From Nemertoderma westbladi (Eukaryota; Animalia; Xenacoelomorpha), in assembly GCA_032718475.1 (NCBI GenBank), contig JAUCBJ010004762.1:1-34789 (forward strand): a stretch of 34,789 nucleotides of DNA. Direction: 5' to 3'. The position numbers and the translations under genes are program-made. Every line of letters begins with the position of its first letter. Position 1 is the first letter of the stretch. The notes under the pieces are model-generated. The model was not told where the DNA came from. It worked only from the letters and a program-made list of their open reading frames with translations, and did not search any database. Positions 1-9,832 of this stretch are shown here, piece by piece.

Positions 1-442
1 TTAAATTCGGACTTGCCGACAATAAAAGTTTAAAAATATGGCGCAAACACAAATGACAGATATCGACACAGAAAGTATATCTACACAGATTATCTACACA
101 GAAAGTAGCCCATTAAATAAAATGTGCACAGCACAGCACTATAGTAAAAATTTATATAAATTAAAATGCACCATAATATGATCTATTCTGCAATGTTAAA
201 GTATCAAAGTATCTTAGGATCAAGTTGTGTTTTTGGTGAAAACTGAGGCAGTTAGTATACCGGTACGGGTACATACACATTGTTATAAGAAGATAAAATG
301 TGCACAGCACGAATAAAATCAGATCAATATGGGTAATATAAGGTAAATAATATGGTCCGTAATAATCATTGACGGTCTCGGGATGATTGAATCAATTAAT
401 TATATTTGCAGCACAACACGCAAACAGGCATCGGACAGATGT

Positions 443-3400
443 TCAAACGACATTAAAATAAGACAGGATACGTTTATGCTTAGATATGAAACTTCCGCAG
501 TTACTGTTGCTGTAGCAGTTTTTAATGAAGTTCATCCCAACAGTTTCACTGATTGTTAGTGGTTCAGTCTTAGCACGGTTAAAGAGGGAACGTTTACAGT
601 AGGTATAGGTGAGTAGACTGTGCAGACTGGGCATTGGGTAATTGCTTCTGCATTTCGCGTATGCAGAAGTCAAGCCTACATAGTTTGTGTTCGAGCAGCT
701 ATTGAACCGCGAGGCTGATTTGATAAGTGATTGTAAGAATGGGACTGGGCAGCTAGCGACTCTTAGTATGGTACCTATGCACTGTTTGTATACCTCATTG
801 TGTAGAGGGCGGCATCCAAGTAGATTGTAAATGATCTGGTTGTTAACGTAGGGGCCGACCAGTAAGAGACTCCGAAGGGCCTTCCGATACTCAATCTCTA
901 ATTTGCGGCTTTCGACTTTACTAAGTGATCCCGCCAAGAACCGAACTGAGTGGGTGATGGATGGTACTCCTATCATGCGCCAAAGAAATCCGACGGTATC
1001 ACAGTCCAAATGACGAGTAGTCCAGCTGCGGCGATGAAAAATATCGGAAGCACGATAAACACACTGGATACACTCCTGAAGGTGGTTGCCATGACCAGTC
1101 GGTAATGTGAAGCCAAGGAAGTTCAGTTTTGGGTGAGGCGGGATCAAGGTGCCCCCGATATTCAGAAAAGTAGGAACTGCGAATTTTGAACAGCCGCTTC
1201 CAAGGTGGTAGTTCCATCGAGTTTTGCTGTCCTCCACTTCCAGATTTGATTCTAGCAGTTTGTCGATAACTATACCTGTAATGACCTCAAGGTCAGATAC
1301 AGATCTTGCACAGATTAGAAGGTCATCTGCGTATGCAACAATTCCCAACCACAGATCGGTAAGATTTTCTCCAAAACCAGATTCTTTCAGTTTCTCCAAC
1401 ACGCCCTTGGTGTAGAAATTGAACAACATTGGAGATAGCAAAGATCCTTGTTTTAATCCTCTAATGAGCTTGATTCCCTGGTCGTTAATGAGACCACCAA
1501 ATTTCAGATGAGCGACAGTTTGCATATAATAAGACAACAAAGCTAAGCATATGTGAGGGTTGATATAATTCATTAACCTTCTAAAGAGAATACTAAGTTC
1601 TACATTGTTAAAAGCCCCCGACATATCTAGTTGACATATGAAGACACTGGTTCCCTTTTTCCGTTGTGCTTCGAGGAATTCTAGAACACCACTGATTATA
1701 ACATCTGTCCCGATTTTTCGACGGTATGCAAACTGTGAGCTAGGGATATGTTCAGCAATTTGGATGAATTCGTGGAGTAATACAGATTCGAAGATCTTAC
1801 CGAAAATACTAACAGAGGAGATAGGACGATAAGATTTGCTTAGCAGTGGATCCCTATCTTTGCCCTTGTACAAACTTGTTACAATAGTTTTACCGAAACA
1901 AGGGGGAACTTCACCTAATTTGAAACACATATTAATGACATCAGCCATAGTTCGACAGATCAGATCGCAGTCTAGAAGTAAAAAGTGTTCCACTACAAGC
2001 GAGTATGCGTCTGGAGATTTGCCTTTACCTAAACTAGAAATTGCTTTTCTGATTGTTTCTGGTGAAATAATAGGAAGGGTTGCATTGTTCTGTAAAACTC
2101 TGAGGTCATTCACGATCTGATTAATGGACTCATCAAAGGAGGCATCTTGAATATTGTTTGAGACCAGATCGGATTCAATTGCGATTTGAGCTGCTGGTGG
2201 AGGGATACTAGAGCCCTTTGCATTGAAGGTGGACCAAAACTTCCTAGGGTTTGTGTGCATATAGCTGGCCTTCTTTCTTATGTTACTGGCAACAATTGAT
2301 TTAGCCAACCAGTTCCTCATCCTGCGGATAGATCGCCGTGATTCTTTATATGCTTGCCAGTATATGCAGGAATTACTTTTGTTGTTTTTCAACCACAAAT
2401 TATGAAGCTGTTTGCAAGTTTTAGATCTGTCGTGTAGTTCAGCCAATCTAATTCTTAGATTCTTGGTCTGGCGTCTGACCTTTAATGGGGGCAGGTGGAG
2501 AGCGGCACAATTGTTAATTACCATTTGAATTCGTTCAACATACTCAGTTAAAGTAGAAACTGTCCAGTTAATATTCGAAATGTTGAATGCATTACCCAAG
2601 TCCATTAGTTGTTTTGCAACATCTGATTGATACAATTCCTGTTGTGCAGGCGTTACTTTGTTCCAGGCTATCTTGATTGGTGCTGGAATCTGCTTTGTTT
2701 TACTTTTGAAGGCAGAGTCAGACCCTTGAAGCGTAAATTCGGCTGTTATAGGCACGTGATCGGAGTGGATATTGGAGCTTTCCGTGTACACTGTTCCCTT
2801 TTTCAGAAGACTCCTTCCAAGTTCTGAGGTAACTATATGGTCAATGTACGAGTTCCCGTGCCCCCGAAATGTGATGCAGGGACCAGTGAAAGGTGGGAAT
2901 GTATCGACTGCAAATAGGTCGTGATTTAGGAGGAAGTTGGATAGTCTGGATCCTTGTGGTGTAGGTTTGGTTCTAGATGCACGGGGGCCATGGAGCATGC
3001 CGAGATCTGAATTGAAGTCTCCTAATATGATTGGAGTAGCATTCTCGTGTATCCGAACAAAGTTACTCAGACGAGACAAGAATCTATCGTAACTTGAGAT
3101 GTTACGGGAAGCAACAGGCGCATAGCAGCACAGTACTAAATATTTCTGTTCATTATCAGATTCAGCAATAACTCAGAGTATATCTTGTTCGCTCTGGACA
3201 GGAAATGTATTTTTGAAGACACCATTTCTTATCCATAGTGACACCCCTCCAGCACCTCTCACTCTATTTGTGTTACTCATGAGTTCACTTATAGTGAAAT
3301 TGCAGCTGAAGCGGTTATCAAGATGTGATAGCAACTCTTTTCCCTCAATAGCATCTAGCCAATGCTCCTGAATGGCTAATATATCTAGGTCACTGAGTAG

Positions 3401-3511
3401 TTGAGTTATTTCGTCTATACTTGAGTTGAATCCATGACAGTTGAAAGATCCCACTCTTAAGTTAAAGTCCTGTGTATTAGGTATAGTATGACTCTCAGCC
3501 GGTGATGCCAT
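443..3511 (-). pseudogene. LINE ORF2 (APE endonuclease + reverse transcriptase), 1022 codons with one in-frame TGA at 3173-3175
   Basis: ORFs 3173..3511 and 443..3079 share a frame and are open between them (DIL*VIAESDNEQKYLVLCCYAP). APE motifs: SFNCHG, QEHW, GDFN, YIDHI, SDHVP. RT motifs: YRPIS, QFAYR, LDMSGAFNNV, GLKQGSLLSP, YADD (1322-1333), FLG. Confidence 0.93.
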
Positions 3512-3530
3512 TGAGTGTTGTGTTGTGGTG

Positions 3531-6338
3531 TTAAAAATATATGGGGGATTCTGAACTCAGGCGTCTTTGGTACCAAACATCCGGATCGTGGAAACGTCCT
3601 CTGTCTCCAGTGGCCTGGTGGGACTTTTTTACTGTCCACTCACGACACCTGAGTCCATCTGGCCAGAAATCATCCTGTAACAGAGATGCCCGCACACCGG
3701 CATCAACGGTAACTCTCACTCCTATATAGCCTGAGCAGTGGAAATTTTGAATCCTCTTAGTGTAGAAGACTGTGATATTTCTTTTGAGTAAGTGTCGGGT
3801 TATGTCTTCTCCACGGGATTTGTGATTAGAGCTTGTGACATAAAGGTAGGCATATGGATATTTTGCGGCATCCACACTTGCACTGGTGACTGTTGTATGT
3901 TGTGGCTGTTGCCTGTGGTGGTTATCCCTTGAGATGTAGCCAAAATTCATTGTAGGATAATTACTTATGTTAGGTGTGTGGATATGACTGTTACCCGAGT
4001 GCCTAGATTTGTTTGGTACATCACGAAGATTGGGTCCATCTTTCTTGCGATCAGCTGTAGGATTGGTAGAGTAATTAGACTCAGAGTATGGATGCTTGCT
4101 AGTATTTGATTTTGAGTGTTGCATAGAGCATTTGACTGAGCCACTTCCTTTATGTGAGGTGCTCTGTGGAGAATAGGAGTGGTGTGCTTTTGATGTTTTC
4201 TTGACAGGAATTTCGCTGTGTCTTGTGCGACGCTCATGCTTTTTGACTTGAGGAGCTTCATCAGGACCACAATCCGGTGAAGAGCCATCAAATGATTCGA
4301 TCTCACTGAGAGTGGTGTAGTCGGAGTAGAGTGATTCAGGAGCAGTTGAATTAAGATCCGGTGTGCTCTGTAATGCTTCGAATCTGTTAGTTGTAGTAAC
4401 TCCACTCATAGTATTGCGCCAAGTAGTTCCTCTGGATGTTCTATGAGAGCCAGTTGTGGTTAGGTGCGATTTAGCAAGTGGTTGTGAGTCTGCTTTTGGA
4501 TTTGGCAAATTCATGTTGACACTTGCAGGTTCTGATTGAGGATGTTGTGTTTGAACACTTGTTAGATCTTCTAATTTGGCCTGAATTACCAGTCTAGCAT
4601 GCCTTTCTTGATAGAGCTCGTCTTTCAAGTTTGTGAATTCCTGTTTCAGATTCACATAGGAATCTTCCATCTTGGCAAGCCTTGATTGCAGGACATCTAC
4701 TGACTGTAGCAGGTCTAACCGTAATTGGTTGTAGCCATAATCAACACTGGATTGCTCAGCCAAGATTAGTCGCTTCCTGCATGGTGCAGTAAAGCACCCT
4801 TCTTTCATACAATTCATAAGTTCAAAAACATCCAAGGCCTGTTCTTTAACAGAATTACGATTTTGAAGCAACAGACTAACAGACTGAGTTGGCTGCATCA
4901 GAGTTCTAACATCATGGAAAAGCTTTTCACGCAAGAGGGAAAGTGTGTTTGAGTTTATACTGACCAATGTTTTCAATGCCTTTCTTTTGGGGTCTTTTAG
5001 CAACTTAGTGAGATTATATTCATTGTAAATAGGAAAAGTAGATTTAGTGTGCTTGTAATTAGAACCGTCAGAGCTCTTTCCCTCCTTAGACGAATCCTCC
5101 TGTTTCCCCTTGGGGTTACTGTGACTCAGTTCACTGTGTGTTGAAGGACAAACTGAGTGATTATTAGAGGGCGCTGAGGTTTGTATTCCAGAGAGCGCTG
5201 AAAGCCGAGATTGAGGTATCCTGTGTTTGTGTAATAAGTCATAGTCTATTTTTGTATCTATAATGACTCCTTCCAACCATTTACGCACACATCCTACTTT
5301 TATCTGTTGAAATATATCTTTGTTGCAGGTGGCCAAGTATAGAGCATATAAACAAATGAATGGGCCACAGTCGTAATGATTAGGTTGGCTTGGGATATCG
5401 CGGTAGCGAGTTTCTGTATGCCATGCTGGATTTGCTACACCTTTGACTCGCTGGATCAGATTTAACAAGTCGCATAAATGGGACTGAATATTGCTGCTAT
5501 AATCCCTGTTGATTGGACAGAATGAATACAGTTTCTTGTTGACCACTTCAGCTATATGGAGTATATAATGACCATTGGCACACTCTGGGAAGAAAATTAA
5601 TTCATCATTCTCAGGGTCGCAGCTGCTTGTGATATACCTTACTGCAGCAGATACATCAAAATTTTCATGATTTAACTTGTAGCAGAGTGAACTATCGATT
5701 GAAGAGATGCGAGGGAGATTCCTTTCCAGTATCCCGAAATAGCAATCAATGATTCCCGTTGTTACAAATGAGGTTCCTTGCAAGCTGTTCATATCGATAC
5801 TGCCCTGAGTTATGTTAAATAATGGCTTTGGATTGTCTCGACGAGGTTTAGTGATTGCCTTCACAACTTCCGTTTCATTGAAACCAACCTCTACATCAGC
5901 ATGGAAAATTCCTTCTAGCCATTGGTCACCGTGATCATCCACAATCGGTTCAGCCCCACTGTGCTCAATGATGTGCTCAGAGTTATGGAGTGGTAAACCG
6001 CTCTTGTCGCAGTTATGGTTTAATGTATACTTCACTGCCGATGAGTTTGGGCCCACCTTCTGGTAAAAGTCAGTTATTTTCAAAGCCTTACTAGTTGGCT
6101 GATGCCCTATTGCTGTATCAAGTGGCATTGAGAAGGAGGGAGCTTCAACGTTCAGATCATGCTTAAACACATTAACTACTGCACTGTTTGGAGACTTATG
6201 TTGATGAGAAGTAGAATTGGAGTTGCTCTTAATGGGAGAAAGGATTTCGGCATCAACTTGAGTGCTATCTATGGGAAGGATTTTTTTTGTCATTAATAAT
6301 CTTACCCTCCACTTCTCGATGCTTCCAGGTTCCATCAT
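3531..6338 (-). CDS. C-terminal part of LINE ORF1: Ulp1/SENP-like C48 protease domain, coiled coil, Ser/His-rich linker, RRM-like domain
   Basis: 935-aa ORF. Protease-like motifs FVTTGIIDCYFGIL, LIFFPECANGHYIL and IPSQPNHYDCGPFICLY. Heptad-like LQSRLAKMEDSYVNLKQEFTNLKDEL. C-terminal LYVT...VRVTVD...FWPDGLRCREW resembles the RRM-like end of many LINE ORF1 proteins. Confidence 0.8.
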   Translation of the reverse strand: MMEPGSIEKWRVRLLMTKKILPIDSTQVDAEILSPIKSNSNSTSHQHKSPNSAVVNVFKHDLNVEAPSFSMPLDTAIGHQPTSKALKITDFYQKVGPNSSAVKYTLNHNCDKSGLPLHNSEHIIEHSGAEPIVDDHGDQWLEGIFHADVEVGFNETEVVKAITKPRRDNPKPLFNITQGSIDMNSLQGTSFVTTGIIDCYFGILERNLPRISSIDSSLCYKLNHENFDVSAAVRYITSSCDPENDELIFFPECANGHYILHIAEVVNKKLYSFCPINRDYSSNIQSHLCDLLNLIQRVKGVANPAWHTETRYRDIPSQPNHYDCGPFICLYALYLATCNKDIFQQIKVGCVRKWLEGVIIDTKIDYDLLHKHRIPQSRLSALSGIQTSAPSNNHSVCPSTHSELSHSNPKGKQEDSSKEGKSSDGSNYKHTKSTFPIYNEYNLTKLLKDPKRKALKTLVSINSNTLSLLREKLFHDVRTLMQPTQSVSLLLQNRNSVKEQALDVFELMNCMKEGCFTAPCRKRLILAEQSSVDYGYNQLRLDLLQSVDVLQSRLAKMEDSYVNLKQEFTNLKDELYQERHARLVIQAKLEDLTSVQTQHPQSEPASVNMNLPNPKADSQPLAKSHLTTTGSHRTSRGTTWRNTMSGVTTTNRFEALQSTPDLNSTAPESLYSDYTTLSEIESFDGSSPDCGPDEAPQVKKHERRTRHSEIPVKKTSKAHHSYSPQSTSHKGSGSVKCSMQHSKSNTSKHPYSESNYSTNPTADRKKDGPNLRDVPNKSRHSGNSHIHTPNISNYPTMNFGYISRDNHHRQQPQHTTVTSASVDAAKYPYAYLYVTSSNHKSRGEDITRHLLKRNITVFYTKRIQNFHCSGYIGVRVTVDAGVRASLLQDDFWPDGLRCREWTVKKSHQATGDRGRFHDPDVWYQRRLSSESPIYF
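5270..5810 (-). other. Ulp1/SENP (clan CE, C48) cysteine-protease-like domain within ORF1
   Basis: His codon at 5568-5570 (GHY). Oxyanion Gln and nucleophile Cys lie in QPNHYDCG (Cys at 5367-5369). The His+17 position, normally the catalytic Asp, is Cys (5517-5519). Confidence 0.8.
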
Positions 6339-6499
6339 CCTGAAGGTCCATCACAGATATGACAGGGCGAGCAGGATTGGTATTGGCCGATTTCGGAACT
6401 ACAGATTTGTGATTGGTGTGTGAGTGTGAAGGTTTGATTATATTTGAAACTGAGAGGTCGATAAGAGTAGTGCAATTGTTTCCGAATTTACTGTTATTA

Positions 6500-7215
6500 C
6501 ATGTCCCGTAAATATCGATACCGTTTACATTTGGGACTGAGTTAATAATCGGTTTTGAGGTATTGTTATAACATGCCCCGAAATTGTCAGTATCATTTGT
6601 ACCACCAATAGGGTTCTCATTCATAACGGGTTGTGAGGTAATATCAACAACATTTACACCTTGGACATAGTTCACATTAGTAGAGGGGTCTAAAATACTG
6701 TTACCACATGTCACAAAATTATCAATACCGTTCACATTTCACATTAATAACCGGTTTTAAAAAATTGTTATTAAATGTCCCGAAATTATCAATGACATTT
6801 ACTCTTGGGACTGAGTTCACATTAACAATCGGTTTTAAAATATTGTTATGAAAAGTCCCGAAATTATCAATACCATTTCCACTTGGGACTGGTTTCACAT
6901 TAGTAACGGGTTGTAAAATATTGTCAATGACATTTACACTTGGGACTGGGTTCACATTAACAATCGGTTTTAAAATATTGTTATGAAATGTCCCGAAATT
7001 ATCAATACCATTTCCACTTGAGACTGGTTTCACATTAGTAACGGGTTGTAAAATATTGTCAATGACATTTCCACTTGGGACTGGTTTCACATTAGTAACG
7101 GGTTGTAAAATATTATCAATGACATTTCCACTTGGGACTGGTTTCACATTAGTAACGGGTTGTAAAATATTATCAATGACATTTGCACCTGGGACTGGGT
7201 TCACATTAGTAACAG
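6500..7215 (-). repeat. Coding tandem repeats of 57 bp (19 aa, NILQPVTNVKPVPSGNVID) and 78 bp (26 aa variant), degenerating toward 6500
   Basis: Repeated units are visible in the DNA and in the translations of ORFs 6722..7276 and 6265..6735. Confidence 0.85.
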
Positions 7216-7608
7216 GTTTAAATTGTGTTAAAGCTGGATGGTTGATCAACTTCAGAGATAGATTGAGACATTGCACATTTATTGCAACTACAATTGTTAT
7301 CTACACGGCGGCATCCCTGAACTGGTTTATCCGGGCCTAACCAGCTCGAAACCTCTGTAGTGGGCAGAGGTTCGATCTTATTAGCAGAGAGTTTGCCCTG
7401 GCTCCTTGTGACTGGCCTTCGGTGTATTCTTCCCTGCCTTTTGACGGTTTTCATGATCTGTTTATCACCTAAATCCGTTGCTACCACAACAGGTGGGAAT
7501 ATATTGTTCGCACTAGTTGTCTTATTCGTGTCTGTATCATCATTATCTGAAGTCGGAAGAGCCCCATCAAGTTGGTTCTCTGTAGGATTCGTATCATTGC
7601 AGTCGACA

Positions 7609-9158
7609 CGTTTTAGTTCCAACCCCGAGGATTTGTCCGGGTTGAGTCGAGGAACCGTTCCGTTTTCGGATCGTTTTAGTTCCGACTCCGAGGATTTGTC
7701 CGGGTTGAGTCGAGAAACCGTTCCATTGTCGGATCGTTTTAGTTCCGATTCCGAGGATTTGTCCGGGTTGAGTCGAGGAACTGTTCCGTTGTCGGATCGT
7801 TTTAGTTCCGACTCCGAGGATTTGTCCGGGTTGAGTCGAGGAACCGTTCCGTTGTCGGATCGTTTTAGTTCCGACTCCGAGGATTTGTCCGGGTTGAGTC
7901 GAGGAACCGTTCCGTTGTCGGATCGTTTTAGTTCCGACTCCGAAGATTTGTCCGGGTTGAGTCGAGGAGCCGTTCCATTTTCGGATCGTTTTAGTTCCGA
8001 CTCCGAGGATTTGTCCGGGTTGAGTCGAGGAACCATTCCATTGTCGGATCGTTTTAGTTCCGACTCCGAAGATTTGTCCGGGTTGAGTCGAGGAACCGTT
8101 CCTTTGTCAGTTCGTTTTAGTTCCGACTCCGAGGATTTGTCCAGGTTGAGTCGAGGAACCGTTCCGTTGTCGGATCGTTTTAGTTCCGACTCCGAGGATT
8201 TGTCCGGGTTGAGTCGAGGAGCCGTTCCATTGTCGGATCGTTTTAGTTCCGACTCCGAGGATTTGTCCGGGTTGAGTCGAGGAACCATTCCGTTGTCGGA
8301 TCGTTTTAGTTCTGACTCCGAGGATTTGTCCGGGTTGAGTCGAGGAACCGTTCCGTTGTCGGATCGTTTTAGTTCCGACTCCGAGGATTTGTCCGGGTTG
8401 AGTCGAGGAACCGTTCCGTTGTCGGATCGTTTTAGTTCCGACTCCGAGGATTTGTCCGGGTTGAGTCGAGGAACCGTTCCGTTGTCGGATCGTTTTAGTT
8501 CCGACTCCGAGGATTTGACCGGGTTGAGTCGAGGAGCCGTTCCATTTTCGGATCGTTTTAGTTCTGACTCCGAGGATTTGTCCGGGTTGAGTCGAGGAAC
8601 CGTTCCATTGTCGGATCGTTTTAGTTCTGACTCCGAAGATTTGTCCGGGTTGAGTCGAGGAACCGTTCCGTTGTCAGTTCGTTTTACTTCCGACTCCGAG
8701 GATTTGTCCGGGTTGAGTTGAGGAACCGTTCCGTTGTCGGATCGTTTTAGTTCCGACTCCGAGGATTTGTCCAGGTTGAGTCGAGGAACCGTTCCGTTGT
8801 CAGATCGTTTTAGTTCCAACTCCGAGGATTTGTCCGGGTTGAGTTGAGGAACCGTTCCGTTGTCGGATCGTTTTAGTTTCGACTCCGAGGATTTGTCCGG
8901 GTTGAGTTGAGGAACCGTTCCGTTGTCGGATCGTTTTAGTTTCGACTCCGAGGATTTGTCCGGGTTGAGTCGAGGAACCGTTCCGTTGTCGGATCGTTTT
9001 AGTTCCGACTCCGAGGATTTGTTCGGGTTGAGTCGAGGAACCATTCCGTTGTCGGATCGTTTTAGTTCCGACTCCGAGGATTTGTCCGGGTTGAGTCGAG
9101 GAACCGTTCCGTTGTCGGATCGTTTTAGTTCCGACTCCGAGGATTTGTCTGGGTTTGA
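7609..9158 (-). repeat. 63-bp coding tandem array, ~24.7 copies (RLNPDKSSESELKRSDNGTVP)
   Basis: Strict 63-bp period with no indels and no stop codon in the - strand frame. Confidence 0.97.
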
Positions 9159-9371
9159 ACGAATCCCAGGATGGATGGGTCGATGAAGAACCGGTAGTCG
9201 GCTTTTTAATTTGACAGGTGTCCTGGCAAGAGACGGCATTGCATCGGTGGCGATGTGTGGCGATATATTACAGCAGTAATCTGGTAATACAGTCTGACAG
9301 TAATAGTTTTTATAGCAGTGTAACACTGTAATTTAAAAAATGCAGAAACCAAGGTGGAACCTTCCAAGGTA

Positions 9372-9832
9372 GTTTGTCGTTGTTGGTCCTTGTTGCTCAT
9401 TGTTGTACTTTATTATTGCTCATTGTTGCTCATTGTTGCTCATTGTTGCTCGTTGTTGCTCGTTGTTGCTCGTTGTTGCTCGTTGTTGCTCGTTGTTGCT
9501 CATTGTTGCTCGTTGTTGCTCGTTGTTGCTCATTGTTGCTCATTGTTGGTCGTTGTTGCTCATTGTTGTACTTTATTATTGCTCATTGTTGCTCAGTGTT
9601 GCTCGTTGTTGTTCATTGTTGCTCGTTGTTGCTCATTGTTGCTCGTTGTTGCTCATTGTTCCTCATTGTTGGTCATTGTTACTCGTTGTTGTACTTTATT
9701 ATTGCTCGTTGTTGCTCATTGCTGCTCATTGTTGCTCGTTGTTGCTCATTGTTGCTCGTTGTTGCTCATTGTTGCTTGTTGTTGCTCATTGTTGCTCATT
9801 GTTGCTCGTTGTTGGTCATTGTTGCTCGTTGT
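9372..9832. repeat. 10-bp tandem repeat (TTGCTCRTTG) with higher-order structure, probably in the LINE 5' UTR
   Basis: About 45 units. The interrupting word TGTTGTACTTTATTATTGCTC recurs at ~9401, ~9564 and ~9687. Confidence 0.9.

Larger units (their letters stand above)
6265..9239 (-). pseudogene. Probable N-terminal part of LINE ORF1, split by frameshifts into three overlapping ORFs
   Basis: First ATG at 9239 (MPSLARTP). ORFs 7218..9326, 6722..7276, 6265..6735 and 3531..6338 overlap end to start. The junctions fall at a shortened repeat unit (~7220), an AATGTGA duplication or deletion (~6735-6748) and an A8 run (6281-6288). Confidence 0.65.

Noticed and set aside
3173-3175. Selenocysteine recoding of the ORF2 TGA, given the nearby selenium-binding protein gene
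   Set aside because: The context fits a mutated Trp codon, no SECIS element was recognised, and SELENBP1 is not a selenoprotein.
7215-7225. TTTAAAC slippery heptamer at the first ORF1 junction
   Set aside because: It is out of phase for a canonical -1 shift. The needed shift is +1, and sister repeats point to a small deletion.
7360-9186. Plus-strand ORFs of 453 aa and 87 aa
   Set aside because: They are antisense shadows of the 63-bp array and are interrupted by CGA>TGA changes.
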